64,000 bases of DNA from Treponemataceae bacterium (lineage in GTDB: Bacteria > Spirochaetota > Spirochaetia > Treponematales > Rectinemataceae). How positions within the stretch are numbered: the first letter of the stretch is position 1; every line of letters starts with the position of its first letter. The position numbers and the translations under genes are program-made. The notes under the pieces were generated by a model. The model was given only the letters and a program-made list of their open reading frames with translations, was not told the DNA's origin and searched no databases. This document shows, piece by piece, positions 29,955 to 40,723 of the stretch. The stretch covers positions 128,001-192,000 of the forward strand of contig CAXXGJ010000006.1 in the NCBI GenBank assembly GCA_963677895.2, written 5' to 3'.

Positions 29955-31127
29955 TTATTCCAGCGCCACTCTATCCTTCGCCAGCGCCGAGGGATCGGCG
30001 AAGAAGGCGCCCACGCCCTTCTCCGTCAATTCCGCGTAGGAAGGCAGCCCGTCGATGGCGATCGGTTTCTCGGGATACATCATGCCCCAAACCTCGAGCA
30101 CTTTCTCGATGGTCGTAACATGTCTTCCGACTCGCACCTCGATGGGCCAGCCCTTTTCGTCGATCGGCCAGTAGAGGAGGCCGGCCTTCCCGGCCTTGAG
30201 GACGAAGTCGTCCTGGCCCGTGAGGAGGAGTTTTTCGTTCGTCGCCCCTCGGACGCGGTCGAGGAAGGGTTCGGGGGATTCGAAGAGGAGGGCGGTCGCG
30301 TCGGAAAAATCGCCAATCTCGCGGTGCGTGAGCCCGTGGAGGGATCTCGGCGACACCTCCATCCCGATCCTGAACTCGCTCGCGGAAAGCTCCATCGAAG
30401 CCATCGCCGCGATTTCCTGCGCCTTCTGGTGGGCCACAATGGTGCCGATGACGGGGTATTCGAGCTCGGCCTCGTGGAGGTCGATGACGAGATCCACCTT
30501 TTCCTTCCGTATCATCTCCATGAAGGCGAAAGCCGTCCGCTCGCAGATGAGGCCGTCAGGCCTGCCCGGCCAGGTCCTGTTGATGTTGCGGATATCCATA
30601 TAGGCCAGCATCTGGCCGCTGGGGAAATGCACATAGGTCTCGGGGTCGGGCCAGGAATCCAGGGGATTGGCCGAACGGTCGCCCATGCGGTATTTTTTCT
30701 GCCCCCAATCCGTCTTGATAGAATAGAACTGCGGATAGGCTTCGCCCGGCCTCGTGACCGTGGAAGCGCTGCGGTTCGTGTGGATGGCGACCATGAGCCT
30801 GCCGCTTGTGGGTCTGGCGTTCTCCACCAGGAGTTCGGCGGCGAGGGTGGTGGCCGGTTCCTCGGGGTGGGTTCCCCCGAGCACGAGGATCGTCGAGCCG
30901 GGTACACCCGAGTCGAGGACGTAGACGTTGCAGTCGTTCGTCGAGCCCGCGAGCGGGGCGAACCATTCGTGGAGCGATCGCGTCGAGGTGACGCCCGGGC
31001 CCAGGACCACGGTCTCTTTCCAGTTCCGATGGTCGTAGAAAGCCTTGCCCGCGAAAGCCATCACCCCAAGCCAGAGGACCAGCGCCAGAACCTTCAGTAT
31101 CGTCGCGTTTTTTGCTTCAATTTTCAT
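29955..31127 (-). CDS. Membrane-anchored M14-like deacylase (succinylglutamate desuccinylase/aspartoacylase family)
   Basis: GGTHPEE, RNINRTWPG, IDLHEA; N-terminal TM helix. Confidence 0.75.
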   Translation of the reverse strand: MKIEAKNATILKVLALVLWLGVMAFAGKAFYDHRNWKETVVLGPGVTSTRSLHEWFAPLAGSTNDCNVYVLDSGVPGSTILVLGGTHPEEPATTLAAELLVENARPTSGRLMVAIHTNRSASTVTRPGEAYPQFYSIKTDWGQKKYRMGDRSANPLDSWPDPETYVHFPSGQMLAYMDIRNINRTWPGRPDGLICERTAFAFMEMIRKEKVDLVIDLHEAELEYPVIGTIVAHQKAQEIAAMASMELSASEFRIGMEVSPRSLHGLTHREIGDFSDATALLFESPEPFLDRVRGATNEKLLLTGQDDFVLKAGKAGLLYWPIDEKGWPIEVRVGRHVTTIEKVLEVWGMMYPEKPIAIDGLPSYAELTEKGVGAFFADPSALAKDRVALE

Positions 31128-31145
31128 GGTATTCCCTCCCCGCCG

Positions 31146-31301
31146 TCATTTGAGCCTGATGAGCCGCATGACGAAGGGCATCAGCACGACCAGGTAAAGG
31201 AGCGCTTTCTGCAGGTTCTTTGTCTTGACGAAATTCCACGCGAGGCAGACCGCGAAAAAGGCCGTCATCGCGTAGTACAGGATCATCACCGCATCGTTCA
31301 T
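31146..31301 (-). CDS. Small two-TM membrane protein (51 aa), below the ORF-track cutoff
   Basis: GAGGAGG RBS; MNDAVMILYYAMTAFFAVCLAWNFVKTKNLQKALLYLVVLMPFVMRLIRLK fills the gap in the operon. Confidence 0.7.
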   Translation of the reverse strand: MNDAVMILYYAMTAFFAVCLAWNFVKTKNLQKALLYLVVLMPFVMRLIRLK

Positions 31302-31313
31302 GGCATTCCCTCC

Positions 31314-32603
31314 TCAACCCAAGACCGTGAGGAACTTGAGCTGGTTGCTGAAAATGACGACCAAGGTGGAAAGCGCCATTATGAAAAGCACGGGGACGAT
31401 CGTCGCCTTGACGAAACCGCGGTAGTACGGCCCCTCGTAAGAAGTGACCATCACCGCCGCGCGGCCCACGACCAGGGTGGGCGGAAGCATGTCGCCTATC
31501 GGCCACATCACCGCCATCGCGGAGAGGGCGACAACGGGATTGATACCCTTCATGTTGAAAAGGAGGATGAGGGGGACGCCCAGAAGTGGCGCCGCTGCGT
31601 ACTGCACCAGCCCCTCGGAGAAGGGCAGGATGAGGAAAAGGGCCGCTATGATGACGACGAGGGGAAGCGTGACGACGCTGAGCGAGATAAGCCCCCTGAC
31701 GCCGCTCAGGCTCATCACCTGCACCAGGATTCCGACCACGATCATCATGCCTATCAGCGGCAAAAGCTTCTCCACCGTATCCCGCGCTATCTGGAAGACC
31801 GCGAGCTTTTTCGTGCTCGTGGCCACGGCGACGGCGCCGGAAATCATGAAACAGAGAGGAAGCCCCAGGATCGGGAACGAATAGGGGAATATTCTCGATA
31901 GCGCGATGAGGACGATGAGGACGGCGAAGGGCAGCCCCACCCTCCATCCCCGCATCTTCGCGTCGATCCTGATTTCGGCGAGAACCTTTTCGGCGTCGAT
32001 CGGCGTGCCTTTCCAGCCCAGCCAGAACATGCTGAAAAGAGCGCCGGCGATCGACAGGGCTCCGAGGGGCCCTATGAAACCGACGTAAGGCATGTTCGAA
32101 CCCGCAGCCGCCATCATCGCCCAGAGGTTCACCGGCGGCGCGGCCGCGCTCATCGCGGCGCAGAGAAAGATTATCGCGGTGACCTTCTGTTTCGGAATGC
32201 CCATTTCGGCGAGGACCTTCGAGGCGAGGGCCCCGACCACCAGGACCGTCACCGAGCCGGAGCCCGTGAGGGCGCCCGGAATGAGGAGGATGAAGGTGAG
32301 GAAAAGCAGGCAGAGAAAGCGGCTTGCGTGGAAGCGCTTCACGATGCCGCCGACGATGAAGTCGACGCCACCCGATTCCTTGACGATATTCATGAAAAAG
32401 GTAGCGCTGAGAAAGATGAGCGTGACGTCGAAATAGGTGAAGGAACCGTCCACGATATGGCGGGCCGAAAAGCCGGAGGCGTTCGCGAGCCCTCCGCCCA
32501 AGGCCGCCAGCAGCATCGACAGCTCCACCGTCACCTTGAAGCGGCTCGCCACGATGAAGATGAGAACCATGACTCCCAAGACGATCAGCGCGTGGTTAAG
32601 CAT
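31314..32603 (-). CDS. IT-superfamily / TRAP large-permease-like transporter
   Basis: 429 aa, about 12 TM helices, PGALTGS and APPVN motifs. Confidence 0.7.
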   Translation of the reverse strand: MLNHALIVLGVMVLIFIVASRFKVTVELSMLLAALGGGLANASGFSARHIVDGSFTYFDVTLIFLSATFFMNIVKESGGVDFIVGGIVKRFHASRFLCLLFLTFILLIPGALTGSGSVTVLVVGALASKVLAEMGIPKQKVTAIIFLCAAMSAAAPPVNLWAMMAAAGSNMPYVGFIGPLGALSIAGALFSMFWLGWKGTPIDAEKVLAEIRIDAKMRGWRVGLPFAVLIVLIALSRIFPYSFPILGLPLCFMISGAVAVATSTKKLAVFQIARDTVEKLLPLIGMMIVVGILVQVMSLSGVRGLISLSVVTLPLVVIIAALFLILPFSEGLVQYAAAPLLGVPLILLFNMKGINPVVALSAMAVMWPIGDMLPPTLVVGRAAVMVTSYEGPYYRGFVKATIVPVLFIMALSTLVVIFSNQLKFLTVLG

Positions 32604-32648
32604 CGGAGCCTCCTTGAACGCGAAATTGCAGGCCTGTCCGAGCCGCCG

Positions 32649-33239
32649 TCATTTGGAGAAAATCTGCGGGAAAATCTTCAAAAGGTCCAGCTGCTGGTCA
32701 ATGAAGATCTGCGGAATCTTCTTCTCGGCCGCCGTCTTCGTGAAGTAACCGTCCTTGTTGGCCTGGTTGTGGGTGACAAGAACGTCGGCGAGCGGCGTCA
32801 TCGCGCGGATGGACTGCTCGTCGGATTCATCGACCCGCCTCGAGGCTCCCTCAACCTGGGCGACAATCACCTTGATGCCCGCGCTCTTCGCTTTTTTCAC
32901 GAGGTCGGTACAGCGCTTGATTTCCTCGCTCAGCTCGACGCCCGCCGATCCCATTCCCTTGAGGCTCGTTCCCGTGATCACGATGAGGGTCTTGTAGGGT
33001 TTCTTGGCCAGGACATCGGCCGTCGCCAGGTCCTCCAGATCCGCGTCCAGCTTGAGCTGACGGCAGAGCACTTTCACGTAAACGCCGCCGGGGCTCTGTC
33101 CGCAGGCGGTGATCAGGATCGGGGTCTTCAGCTCGGGCAGATTCTTGGGAAGCGCGGCCTGGGCCTCGGCGGCGGCGCCGCAGATCAGCCCGAACATGAT
33201 GAAAGCGGACGCGAGGAAAGCGAAACGAGTAGTGCGCAT
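32649..33239 (-). CDS. Exported protein (DUF6305-like)
   Basis: Signal peptide; PILITACGQSP, GTSLKGMGSAG. Confidence 0.6.
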   Translation of the reverse strand: MRTTRFAFLASAFIMFGLICGAAAEAQAALPKNLPELKTPILITACGQSPGGVYVKVLCRQLKLDADLEDLATADVLAKKPYKTLIVITGTSLKGMGSAGVELSEEIKRCTDLVKKAKSAGIKVIVAQVEGASRRVDESDEQSIRAMTPLADVLVTHNQANKDGYFTKTAAEKKIPQIFIDQQLDLLKIFPQIFSK

Positions 33240-33366
33240 ATGGTGAATGACCTCCTGTCAGCGCTCGGGAAGGGGCGACATTCATGTCGCCCTCGCCCGA
33301 ACGAATGTGGCCGTTGGATCGGGCGGGACCACCTCCAGGCAGCCCCGCCCGATCCAGAACAGCCGC

Positions 33367-35028
33367 CTATTTCTCGTCTGGATAGATGATGTCTTTGTAC
33401 TTGTCGAATTTGGCCGAATCGCCGTATTTGACGGCAGCCAGCCACTCGTCGGGATAGCCCTTCGTCTTGTACCAGAGATAGCCGTCGTTGTACTTGGCCG
33501 TAAGCTCGTCGGCGAAGTTCCACCACTCGCTCACCACGCGGTTGATCGAATCGCCCGTATAGCGCGTGAGGTAGGCTTTCGCGAGAGCCGGATTGGTCGC
33601 GTACATCGCCGCGGCGGCGGCCTCGACCGGTCCCTGCATGGCCAGGAACTCGCCCTCGTACTGGGCCTGCTTGGCCTTGATGTCCTTGATCATGAAGGAA
33701 TAGGAAAGGTTCGCCCAGTTTTCCACGAAGTCGAAGGCCCACCAGGCCGAGTCGCGGCTGAACTGGTAGCGATTCTGGATGGCCAGGGATTTGGGAAGGG
33801 AGGTCACGCCGGCGTAGATCGGCATGTACACGGTCGCGTGGGGAGCGTCCTCGCCGAACCAGAGCACGCCGCCGACGGCGTCAGGCAGCCAGGAACGGGC
33901 CTGCGACACGAAGCAATAGGAACAGCGGAACATCGAAATCGCGCGTTCCCATCCGCCCGAGTTCGGAGCGGACTTGGTCGCCCAGCGGTTCGGGTTGCCA
34001 AAGGGTCCGGCTTCGACGCCCTTGGTGAGGTCGAACTGCGTGCCTTCATAGTGGTCGCGGTAGATGGCGAACACGTCGCCGAGGCTCACTTTCTTGTCCG
34101 GCGTCACGGCGAAGGGATAGCGCCTAGCGAAGGGATCGAAGTCGTGGGAGGGAGCGACCGTGGAATAGACGCGCCACTCTCGCCTCGAGTTGTAGGGATT
34201 ATCCTTCGGCGAATAGACTTCCCAGAAACGGAAGGTGGATTTGCCGTCCCAGAGACCCATTTCCTCGGCGAGGCTGAAGACGTTCGGGGAAGCCATGTAC
34301 CAATCGGGCTTCGAGAGATCGAGTTCGCCGATGCGCGAGCGGTTCGCGGAGACGAAAACCTTGTCGTCCGGAACGCGCTGGGCTACCCACACGGCTCCCG
34401 GCTTTCCGGAATCCCTGGTCCAGAGCGGTCCGCCGCCGATGCATTCGAAGACCCAGCCTTCGTTCTCGTCGGTCACCGTCAGGCACTCGCCGCCGTCCGC
34501 GTAGCCGTACTTCTCGGCGAGGGCGCCCATGATCTGCACCACTTCCCGCGCCGTCTTGCCGCGCTGGAGGGCGATCGCCTCGAGCTGTTCTATATAGAAC
34601 ATTCCGTTCGGATTGTTCATTTCCCTGCGGTTGCCGATGGTGGTTTCGCCGATCATGACCTGGAACTCATTCATGAAGGGATAGGCGATCTGGAAATAGG
34701 TATAGGTTTTCTCGACCTGCGGAATCTCGCCCGTGACGGTCACCTTGACGCTCGGGTTGTCAGAATAGAGCAGATCCTTCAGGATCTTGACGGTCTCGCC
34801 GGGCTTGAAGGTCGCGCCCGGGACGACGGTGAGGCGGGAATCGTAGTTGCCGTCGCAGGTGTGCGAGGTCATCACCGAGCCGTCGGTCGAGGCCAACTTG
34901 CCGATGATGAGCGCCGTGCATTCGCCCGGTTCGAGATCCGGCGAAGCGTACTGGGAAAAGTCCTGGGCGCCGGCGAACAAAGCCGCGAACACCAGGATAG
35001 CCGCCAAGAGCGCAGTTTTCTTCAACAT
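33367..35028 (-). CDS. Exported peptidase C69 family dipeptidase (Ntn hydrolase)
   Basis: Signal peptide followed by ECTALIIGK..STDGSV (N-terminal nucleophile Cys), MNEFQV, WVAQRVPDD, ERAIS. Confidence 0.88.
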   Translation of the reverse strand: MLKKTALLAAILVFAALFAGAQDFSQYASPDLEPGECTALIIGKLASTDGSVMTSHTCDGNYDSRLTVVPGATFKPGETVKILKDLLYSDNPSVKVTVTGEIPQVEKTYTYFQIAYPFMNEFQVMIGETTIGNRREMNNPNGMFYIEQLEAIALQRGKTAREVVQIMGALAEKYGYADGGECLTVTDENEGWVFECIGGGPLWTRDSGKPGAVWVAQRVPDDKVFVSANRSRIGELDLSKPDWYMASPNVFSLAEEMGLWDGKSTFRFWEVYSPKDNPYNSRREWRVYSTVAPSHDFDPFARRYPFAVTPDKKVSLGDVFAIYRDHYEGTQFDLTKGVEAGPFGNPNRWATKSAPNSGGWERAISMFRCSYCFVSQARSWLPDAVGGVLWFGEDAPHATVYMPIYAGVTSLPKSLAIQNRYQFSRDSAWWAFDFVENWANLSYSFMIKDIKAKQAQYEGEFLAMQGPVEAAAAAMYATNPALAKAYLTRYTGDSINRVVSEWWNFADELTAKYNDGYLWYKTKGYPDEWLAAVKYGDSAKFDKYKDIIYPDEK

Positions 35029-35521
35029 AGCAAATCCCCCTTTTCTTTCAATGTGCGTTTGCACTTCGAACTACAGCTTTTAGCATGCGACCCGCCATGG
35101 ATCCAAAATTTTCCGGCGGAGAAGATGGAGCGATCCTGTCCATATCAATTCTTTTTTATTTTATTCAATCTTAGTGCGTACGTTCGCCCTGTCAAGGAAT
35201 ATATGACCGTGTTTGAAATGTTATTTTTTGGATTTTTGCCGAGGTTTCACCGCATACGCTTCCATCGCTTTTATTTTGGCACGGAAAGCAAGCAAGACTG
35301 ACGGCAAACCATTGAGCGCGACCGCTGAAAAACGCGGCATCAAAATGAGGAGTGAAGCATGAAATCATTACTATTTATTTATATAAAAACAAGTTAATAA
35401 TATTAAACCTTAAGAAGGCCAATGCTCATACTCATTCTTTATGCCTTTCGCGGCTGCCCATGCCCGTCATTCATAAGCGCAGGTTTCGGCAGCGGCGCTG
35501 AAACACTCATCTACGTCGCTT

Positions 35522-36724
35522 TCACCCGGCGGATAAGCCGGCAAGGTAGTTCAGCGCGAATCCGGCCAGAAGCGCGGCGCCGCGGGCAAGCTGGTCGTCG
35601 CCCGCGTTGAAATGGGGCGAGTGATGCGGCTTGTCGGTTCCTTTGGCGGGATCGTTGATGCCCAGCATGCCGAACACGGCGGGTATTTTTTCGCCGTAAT
35701 AGCTGAAATCCTCCGAGCCCATGGCGATGGGGATTTCTTTCGTATTTTCTTTACCCAGCAGATCGGTTGCCGTGCGCAGCATCAAATCCGTCAACGCGGG
35801 ATCGTTCACCGTCACCCCATAAATCTGCGTGTAGGTAAGGGTGGATGCGCAGCGAAGGGCATCCGAGACGCCTCCGATGACTCTCGCCATGCGGGATTCC
35901 ATCTCGGAGCGCGTCGTCCGGTCGGTAGTCCTGACGTTGCCGGTGATAAGTGCCGTATCGGGTATGATATTGGGCGCGCTGCCCGTTTCTATCTTGCCCA
36001 CGCTCAGCACGACGCTTTCCAGGGGATTTATCTCGCGGCTCACTATCGTCTGGAGCATGGAAATGATGTAACTGGCGGCTATAGTCGGATCGATCGCCTT
36101 GTGAGGCATGGCCCCGTGGCCTCCCTGACCCTGGATCGAGACTTCCCAAATGTCGGCGGAAGCCATTATCGGACCATTTTTTATGGCTAGAACCCCCGCC
36201 GGGTGCTCCGACATCACGTGCAGTCCGGCGATCGCGCTCACCCCTTCCAGGACTCCTTCCTCGATGAGCTTCGGAGCGCCGGAGTTCCGCCCCGTTTCCT
36301 CGGCAGGCTGAAAAATCAGGCGGACGCGGCCGGAAAAGCTATCCTTCATGGCCATCAGTATCCGGGCGGCCCCGATCAATATCGCGGCGTGCGCATCGTG
36401 CCCGCACGCGTGCATCACGCCTTCGACGGTGGACGCGTAAGGGACATCGTTAGCCTCGACTATCGGCAAGGCATCGATATCGGCCCTGAGCGCGACACAG
36501 GGGCCTTCCCCGACGCCCGCAATTTCGGCGATCACGCCGGATCCCGTACCGGCGAAGCCTCTTTTGATATTCTCGCAGCCGAGTTCCCTCAAGAGCGATT
36601 CTATCTTTTGGGAGGTTTCGATCTCTTTCCATCCTAGCTCGGGATGAGCGTGTATTTCATGCCTCAAGGCGATCAGGTCTTTCTCGATTCCCTTGGATAA
36701 GTCAAGTATTCTTTCGGAATTCAT
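35522..36724 (-). CDS. M20D family amidohydrolase
   Basis: HAHPEL, RADIDALP, MHACGHD, FQPAEE, GGHGAMPH, SEDF. Confidence 0.92.
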   Translation of the reverse strand: MNSERILDLSKGIEKDLIALRHEIHAHPELGWKEIETSQKIESLLRELGCENIKRGFAGTGSGVIAEIAGVGEGPCVALRADIDALPIVEANDVPYASTVEGVMHACGHDAHAAILIGAARILMAMKDSFSGRVRLIFQPAEETGRNSGAPKLIEEGVLEGVSAIAGLHVMSEHPAGVLAIKNGPIMASADIWEVSIQGQGGHGAMPHKAIDPTIAASYIISMLQTIVSREINPLESVVLSVGKIETGSAPNIIPDTALITGNVRTTDRTTRSEMESRMARVIGGVSDALRCASTLTYTQIYGVTVNDPALTDLMLRTATDLLGKENTKEIPIAMGSEDFSYYGEKIPAVFGMLGINDPAKGTDKPHHSPHFNAGDDQLARGAALLAGFALNYLAGLSAG

Positions 36725-36742
36725 CGGGTGCGTCCTTCTCGA

Positions 36743-37921
36743 TCAGAACATTTTAACGATAAAGCCGGCCAGTATCACTGAAGCCACGGTCACCGTGGTA
36801 AATCCCGCGATGAGCATTTTAGGCAGGATGCGCTTCAGGAGAAACTGCTTCTCGCTTTCATTTTGGGAGAGCGAGGCCGCGACTTCCTGGGAAATGATAT
36901 AGGTTCCGGGGAACCCGAAAAGGCAGGTGGAGCCGATGGCAAGGCTCAGTTCCCAAGAATATCCCAAGAGTTTGCTGAAAAGCAGGGCAACGGCGATCAT
37001 CCCGATCAGGGAAATCACAAAGGCGAGAAGCATGGGAAGCAATAGGGACAGGACGAGTTCCGGCGTGGCTTTGGAAAGGCTTATGAATATGGGGACGAGG
37101 AGGAAAAACATGGCGAGTCCGGCGGAGTTGGCCTTGTCCAGTACCTTGAATTCGATGAAGCCTATCTCATACGCGATGATGCCGAAAAAAAGCGCGACGA
37201 TATAGGGATGAATGACGTTCCCTATGAGGCCGGCGGCGCCCACGGCCAGCCACGCGATGAAAAACGTCTTGGCGAGGAGGATGAAGGGCGTCTGCAGAGC
37301 CTTGGGCAGCGGCGGAATCAGCCGCCAGGTCGGAACCTCCGGGTCGGAAGCATTCTTGGCGGAGTCTTTTTCCGCCAATCCTCCCGACCTGAAACCGGCG
37401 ATAAGCCTTTTCCCTTCGCGCTTGAGGCAAAACGACGCGATAGGCAGGCCTATGAAGCTTTGGAGAACCAGGAGAAGCGTGGCGAACACCATGAGCGTCT
37501 CCTGACCCTTGGCTTTCGCCGCTTCGCTGACGATGAGCGTCGCGACGACGCCGCCTGAAATTGGTCCGATGGCGGTAAGAGCCCGGTCCCGCCCGATGAG
37601 AGGAGTTCCGATGAAATAAAGCGTGACGGAAAGGGCGATAAGGGCCGAGATGGCTACGAGCACGGTTCTCCACTCATCCTTCAGGTCTTTGATCTTCATC
37701 AGGCTGCCCATATAGACCATGAGCATCGAGATGAGGGCCATCGCCACGGGAGCTATCTTGGAATCATCGAAGAGCGTCTTGGGGATGCCGACCCAAAAAC
37801 CGACCAAAAAAAGAAGCCCCGAGGTGAACATCATGGAAAAGAGGGCTTTCGTCTTGTGCGAAACATAGTCCCCGATCGCGTAGATGACGGCGATGATCAG
37901 GATAGCGGTAAGCGCTGGCAT
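36743..37921 (-). CDS. Multi-pass membrane protein, putative secondary transporter
   Basis: About 12 hydrophobic segments, GPISGGVVA, FGFPG; co-oriented with the amidohydrolase. Confidence 0.6.
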   Translation of the reverse strand: MPALTAILIIAVIYAIGDYVSHKTKALFSMMFTSGLLFLVGFWVGIPKTLFDDSKIAPVAMALISMLMVYMGSLMKIKDLKDEWRTVLVAISALIALSVTLYFIGTPLIGRDRALTAIGPISGGVVATLIVSEAAKAKGQETLMVFATLLLVLQSFIGLPIASFCLKREGKRLIAGFRSGGLAEKDSAKNASDPEVPTWRLIPPLPKALQTPFILLAKTFFIAWLAVGAAGLIGNVIHPYIVALFFGIIAYEIGFIEFKVLDKANSAGLAMFFLLVPIFISLSKATPELVLSLLLPMLLAFVISLIGMIAVALLFSKLLGYSWELSLAIGSTCLFGFPGTYIISQEVAASLSQNESEKQFLLKRILPKMLIAGFTTVTVASVILAGFIVKMF

Positions 37922-38164
37922 AAGAACCTCCCGTAGACCGTTGCGATAAAGTCACGCTGCACGGAAAAAGGATCAAGCCAATCCTGCGTTTCTATGCATC
38001 GATACATTCAAGCCTAGGCGATTCGCGATGTCAAGCTGAATTTTTCGATCTTTCGATAATATTTGCCAGTATTTGTGCCGCAAAAACACCTACTGCCCTC
38101 GCCGACGCGTTCCATATTGGCAGCCTACCATACTGCGGTTATAGTGGCCTCAAGAGGAATACGC

Positions 38165-39205
38165 ATGAAAGCCGCCATTTTCGACCAGTTCCGCGCTCCG
38201 ATCCAGATTTCCGAAGTGCCCGACCCCCAGGTTCCCGAGGACGGCGTCGTCCTGGCCGTGGACGCCACCGGCATCTGCCGGAGCGACTGGCACGGCTGGC
38301 AGGGCCACGACACCGACATCAAGCTGCCCCACGTCCCGGGGCACGAACTCGCGGGCACCATTGTCGAAGTGGGCAAGGGCATCAAGAACTGGAAGCGCGG
38401 CGAGCGCGTCACCATGCCCTTCGTGGCCGGCTGCGGGCACTGCGCCCCCTGCCAATCGGGCAACCAGCAGGTCTGCGACCACCAGTTCCAGCCCGGCTTC
38501 ACGCATTGGGGATCCTTCGCCCAGTATGTCGCCATCCACTACGCCGACATGAACCTCGTCCGCCTACCGGACAGCATGGATTCGGTGTCCGCGGCGAGCC
38601 TCGGCTGCCGCTTCGCCACCGCCTTCAGGGCTCTGGAAGCCCAGGCCAGGGTGCGCGCGGGCGACTGGGTCGCCATCCACGGCTGCGGCGGCGTCGGCCT
38701 CTCCGCCGTCATGATCGCCAAGGCCATGGGCGCCCGGATCGTCGCGGTGGACATCCAGAAGGACAAACTGGAAATGGCGCTGCAGCTCGGCGCCGACGTG
38801 GCCATCGACGGTCGCGCTACCCCGGACATCGTCGGCGCCATCAAGGACGTCACGGGCGGCGGCGCCCAGGTTTCCATGGACGCACTCGGCAGCCTCCAGA
38901 CCTGCTTCAACTCGGTGGCCTGCCTCGCCAAGCGGGGGCGGCACGTGCAGGTCGGCCTCATGCTGGGCGACCAGCACCATCCCGCCATCCCCATGGATCT
39001 CGTCGTCGCCCGCGAACTGGAAATCTACGGCAGCCACGGCATCCAGGCCCACCGCTACGACGTGCTCCTCGGCATGGTCGCCGCGGGAACCCTCCACCCC
39101 GAGCGCCTCGTCACCGACCGCTACACCCTCGCCGAAGGCATCGACTTCCTCCAGCGGATGGACCAGTTCCCGGGCACGGGGATCAGGGTGATCGACAGGG
39201 TATAG
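38165..39205 (+). CDS. Zinc-dependent alcohol dehydrogenase family protein
   Basis: GICRSD, GHE, CGHCAPC...C, GCGGVG; start MKAAIF behind a GAGG RBS. Confidence 0.93.
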   Translation: MKAAIFDQFRAPIQISEVPDPQVPEDGVVLAVDATGICRSDWHGWQGHDTDIKLPHVPGHELAGTIVEVGKGIKNWKRGERVTMPFVAGCGHCAPCQSGNQQVCDHQFQPGFTHWGSFAQYVAIHYADMNLVRLPDSMDSVSAASLGCRFATAFRALEAQARVRAGDWVAIHGCGGVGLSAVMIAKAMGARIVAVDIQKDKLEMALQLGADVAIDGRATPDIVGAIKDVTGGGAQVSMDALGSLQTCFNSVACLAKRGRHVQVGLMLGDQHHPAIPMDLVVARELEIYGSHGIQAHRYDVLLGMVAAGTLHPERLVTDRYTLAEGIDFLQRMDQFPGTGIRVIDRV

Positions 39206-39252
39206 CGATTCAATACCGTGGTAACTCGCTTCATCAACTAGAGTATTAACGC

Positions 39253-39281
39253 TTGACCGCATTGTAATATTAAATTACAAT
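39253..39281 (+). promoter_or_regulatory. higBA promoter with an overlapping palindromic operator
   Basis: TTGACC-N17-TACAAT; ATTGTAAT-ATTAA-ATTACAAT at 39261-39281. Confidence 0.7.
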
Positions 39282-39300
39282 ATAACTCATGAGGTAATAT

Positions 39301-39615
39301 GTGAAGGTTGAGTTTAAAAATTCTCAACTCGAAAAACTCTATTCAACCGGACAATCGAAGAAGTACCCAGTAGGCTCGGCTATCGCGACAAAATTCGTGG
39401 CCGTCGTAGCCAGATTGAAAGCCGCTCAAGACATCCACGATCTTTGGAGACTGCCTTCGCTAAACTTCGAACGACTTCATGGTAACCCGAACAGGTATTC
39501 GGCGAGAGTAACGATCAAGTACCGAGTCGAGATGGAAATAGACTGGGAAAACCAGGAGAAAACCATTGGACTTATCGGTATCGTCGAGCTCTCGAGCCAT
39601 TATGGAGGAAGGTGA
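39301..39615 (+). CDS. higB: HigB/RelE-like toxin
   Basis: 104 aa, LNFERLHG...YSARVTIKYR; precedes an HTH antitoxin. Confidence 0.8.
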   Translation: MKVEFKNSQLEKLYSTGQSKKYPVGSAIATKFVAVVARLKAAQDIHDLWRLPSLNFERLHGNPNRYSARVTIKYRVEMEIDWENQEKTIGLIGIVELSSHYGGR

Positions 39616-40721
39616 CTATGGGCGAACTCAAGCCATTCATCAATATCGGACCCGGCATCGTTATAAAGGATGAACTGGAAGCGCTAGGTTGGTCGCAGGA
39701 TGATCTGGCACGCATCATGGGCATGTCACTGAAAGCCGTCAATGAAATCCTTAACGACAAGGTGGCGATAACAGTCGAAACAGCGCGGCTTCTGGGAAAA
39801 GCATTCGGGACATCGGCGGAAATATGGATAAACCTGGATACGGCATATCGACTTCGCCTCCGAGAAGATACCGAGCGCGAACGGGAAGCCGAACGTTATG
39901 CGGCAGTCATGAAGTACATGCCGGTCAGGGAGATGGTCAAGAAAGGATGGCTAGAAACCTACAACTCGTCATCGGAGCTTTTGGAAAAAGCCAAGAATTT
40001 CTGGAATGTTTCCGAGCCTGATTTCTCATTCTTGGGCAAGGCTAAGGAGCCCTGTTTCAGGCGTTCCGACGCTTATGAATTCTACGAGAAATATTACGCC
40101 CTCACCTGGACCCAAAAAGCAAAGGATACTGCTTCAAGTATACATTTGCCGGAATGGGACAGAACCGCGGCCAAAAAGATTGGAGCAAAGCTCGGCAATT
40201 TCTCTCGGCTCGAGAATGGCACCTCGACATTTATACAGGACTTAGAAGTGGCAGGCATAGGGTTTTTCGTACTGAGCCACCTGCAGAAAACGTATCTGGA
40301 CGGAGCGGCGATTTTCGTCGGCGCGAATCCATTCATCGTCTATACTGGCCGCTTCGATCGTTGTGACAATTTCTGGTTTACCGTAGCCCACGAGTTAGCC
40401 CACCTAGTTCTTGGTCACGTGAAGAAGGACGGACAGGAAATCCTTGATGACCTGAAACAGGAAGCCGGAAACGATCAGGAAAAAGCAGCAGATAAACTGG
40501 CTGAAACCTATCTCCACACTGTGGAAATTCTGGAATTTTGCGCGCCTTTTAAAAAGTATCTCTCGCGCGAGAGGATAGAGCGCTGCGCTGAAACAGTCGG
40601 AGTAAGCCCGGGTATTGTGGTTGGAACCTTACAGTATGCGGGTATCCTGCCGTACAAGAACCTAAATAACTATAAAAGACCAATACTCACGGCACTTCCT
40701 GCATCATGCATCAAGGGATAA
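39612..40721 (+). CDS. higA: HigA-type HTH antitoxin fused to an ImmA/IrrE-like metallopeptidase domain
   Basis: PGIVIKDELEALGWSQDDLA...WINL HTH; DNFWFTVAHELAH (HExxH). Confidence 0.85.
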   Translation: MTMGELKPFINIGPGIVIKDELEALGWSQDDLARIMGMSLKAVNEILNDKVAITVETARLLGKAFGTSAEIWINLDTAYRLRLREDTEREREAERYAAVMKYMPVREMVKKGWLETYNSSSELLEKAKNFWNVSEPDFSFLGKAKEPCFRRSDAYEFYEKYYALTWTQKAKDTASSIHLPEWDRTAAKKIGAKLGNFSRLENGTSTFIQDLEVAGIGFFVLSHLQKTYLDGAAIFVGANPFIVYTGRFDRCDNFWFTVAHELAHLVLGHVKKDGQEILDDLKQEAGNDQEKAADKLAETYLHTVEILEFCAPFKKYLSRERIERCAETVGVSPGIVVGTLQYAGILPYKNLNNYKRPILTALPASCIKG

Positions 40722-40723
40722 AC

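Noticed and set aside
8389..35301. Long plus-strand ORFs such as 8389-10368, 11378-13156, 24571-26931, 29898-31901 and 33247-35301 (also 47319-48788, 57738-59465, 61467-62951)
   Set aside because: They are antisense shadows of well-supported minus-strand genes in GC-rich DNA and have no recognisable motifs.
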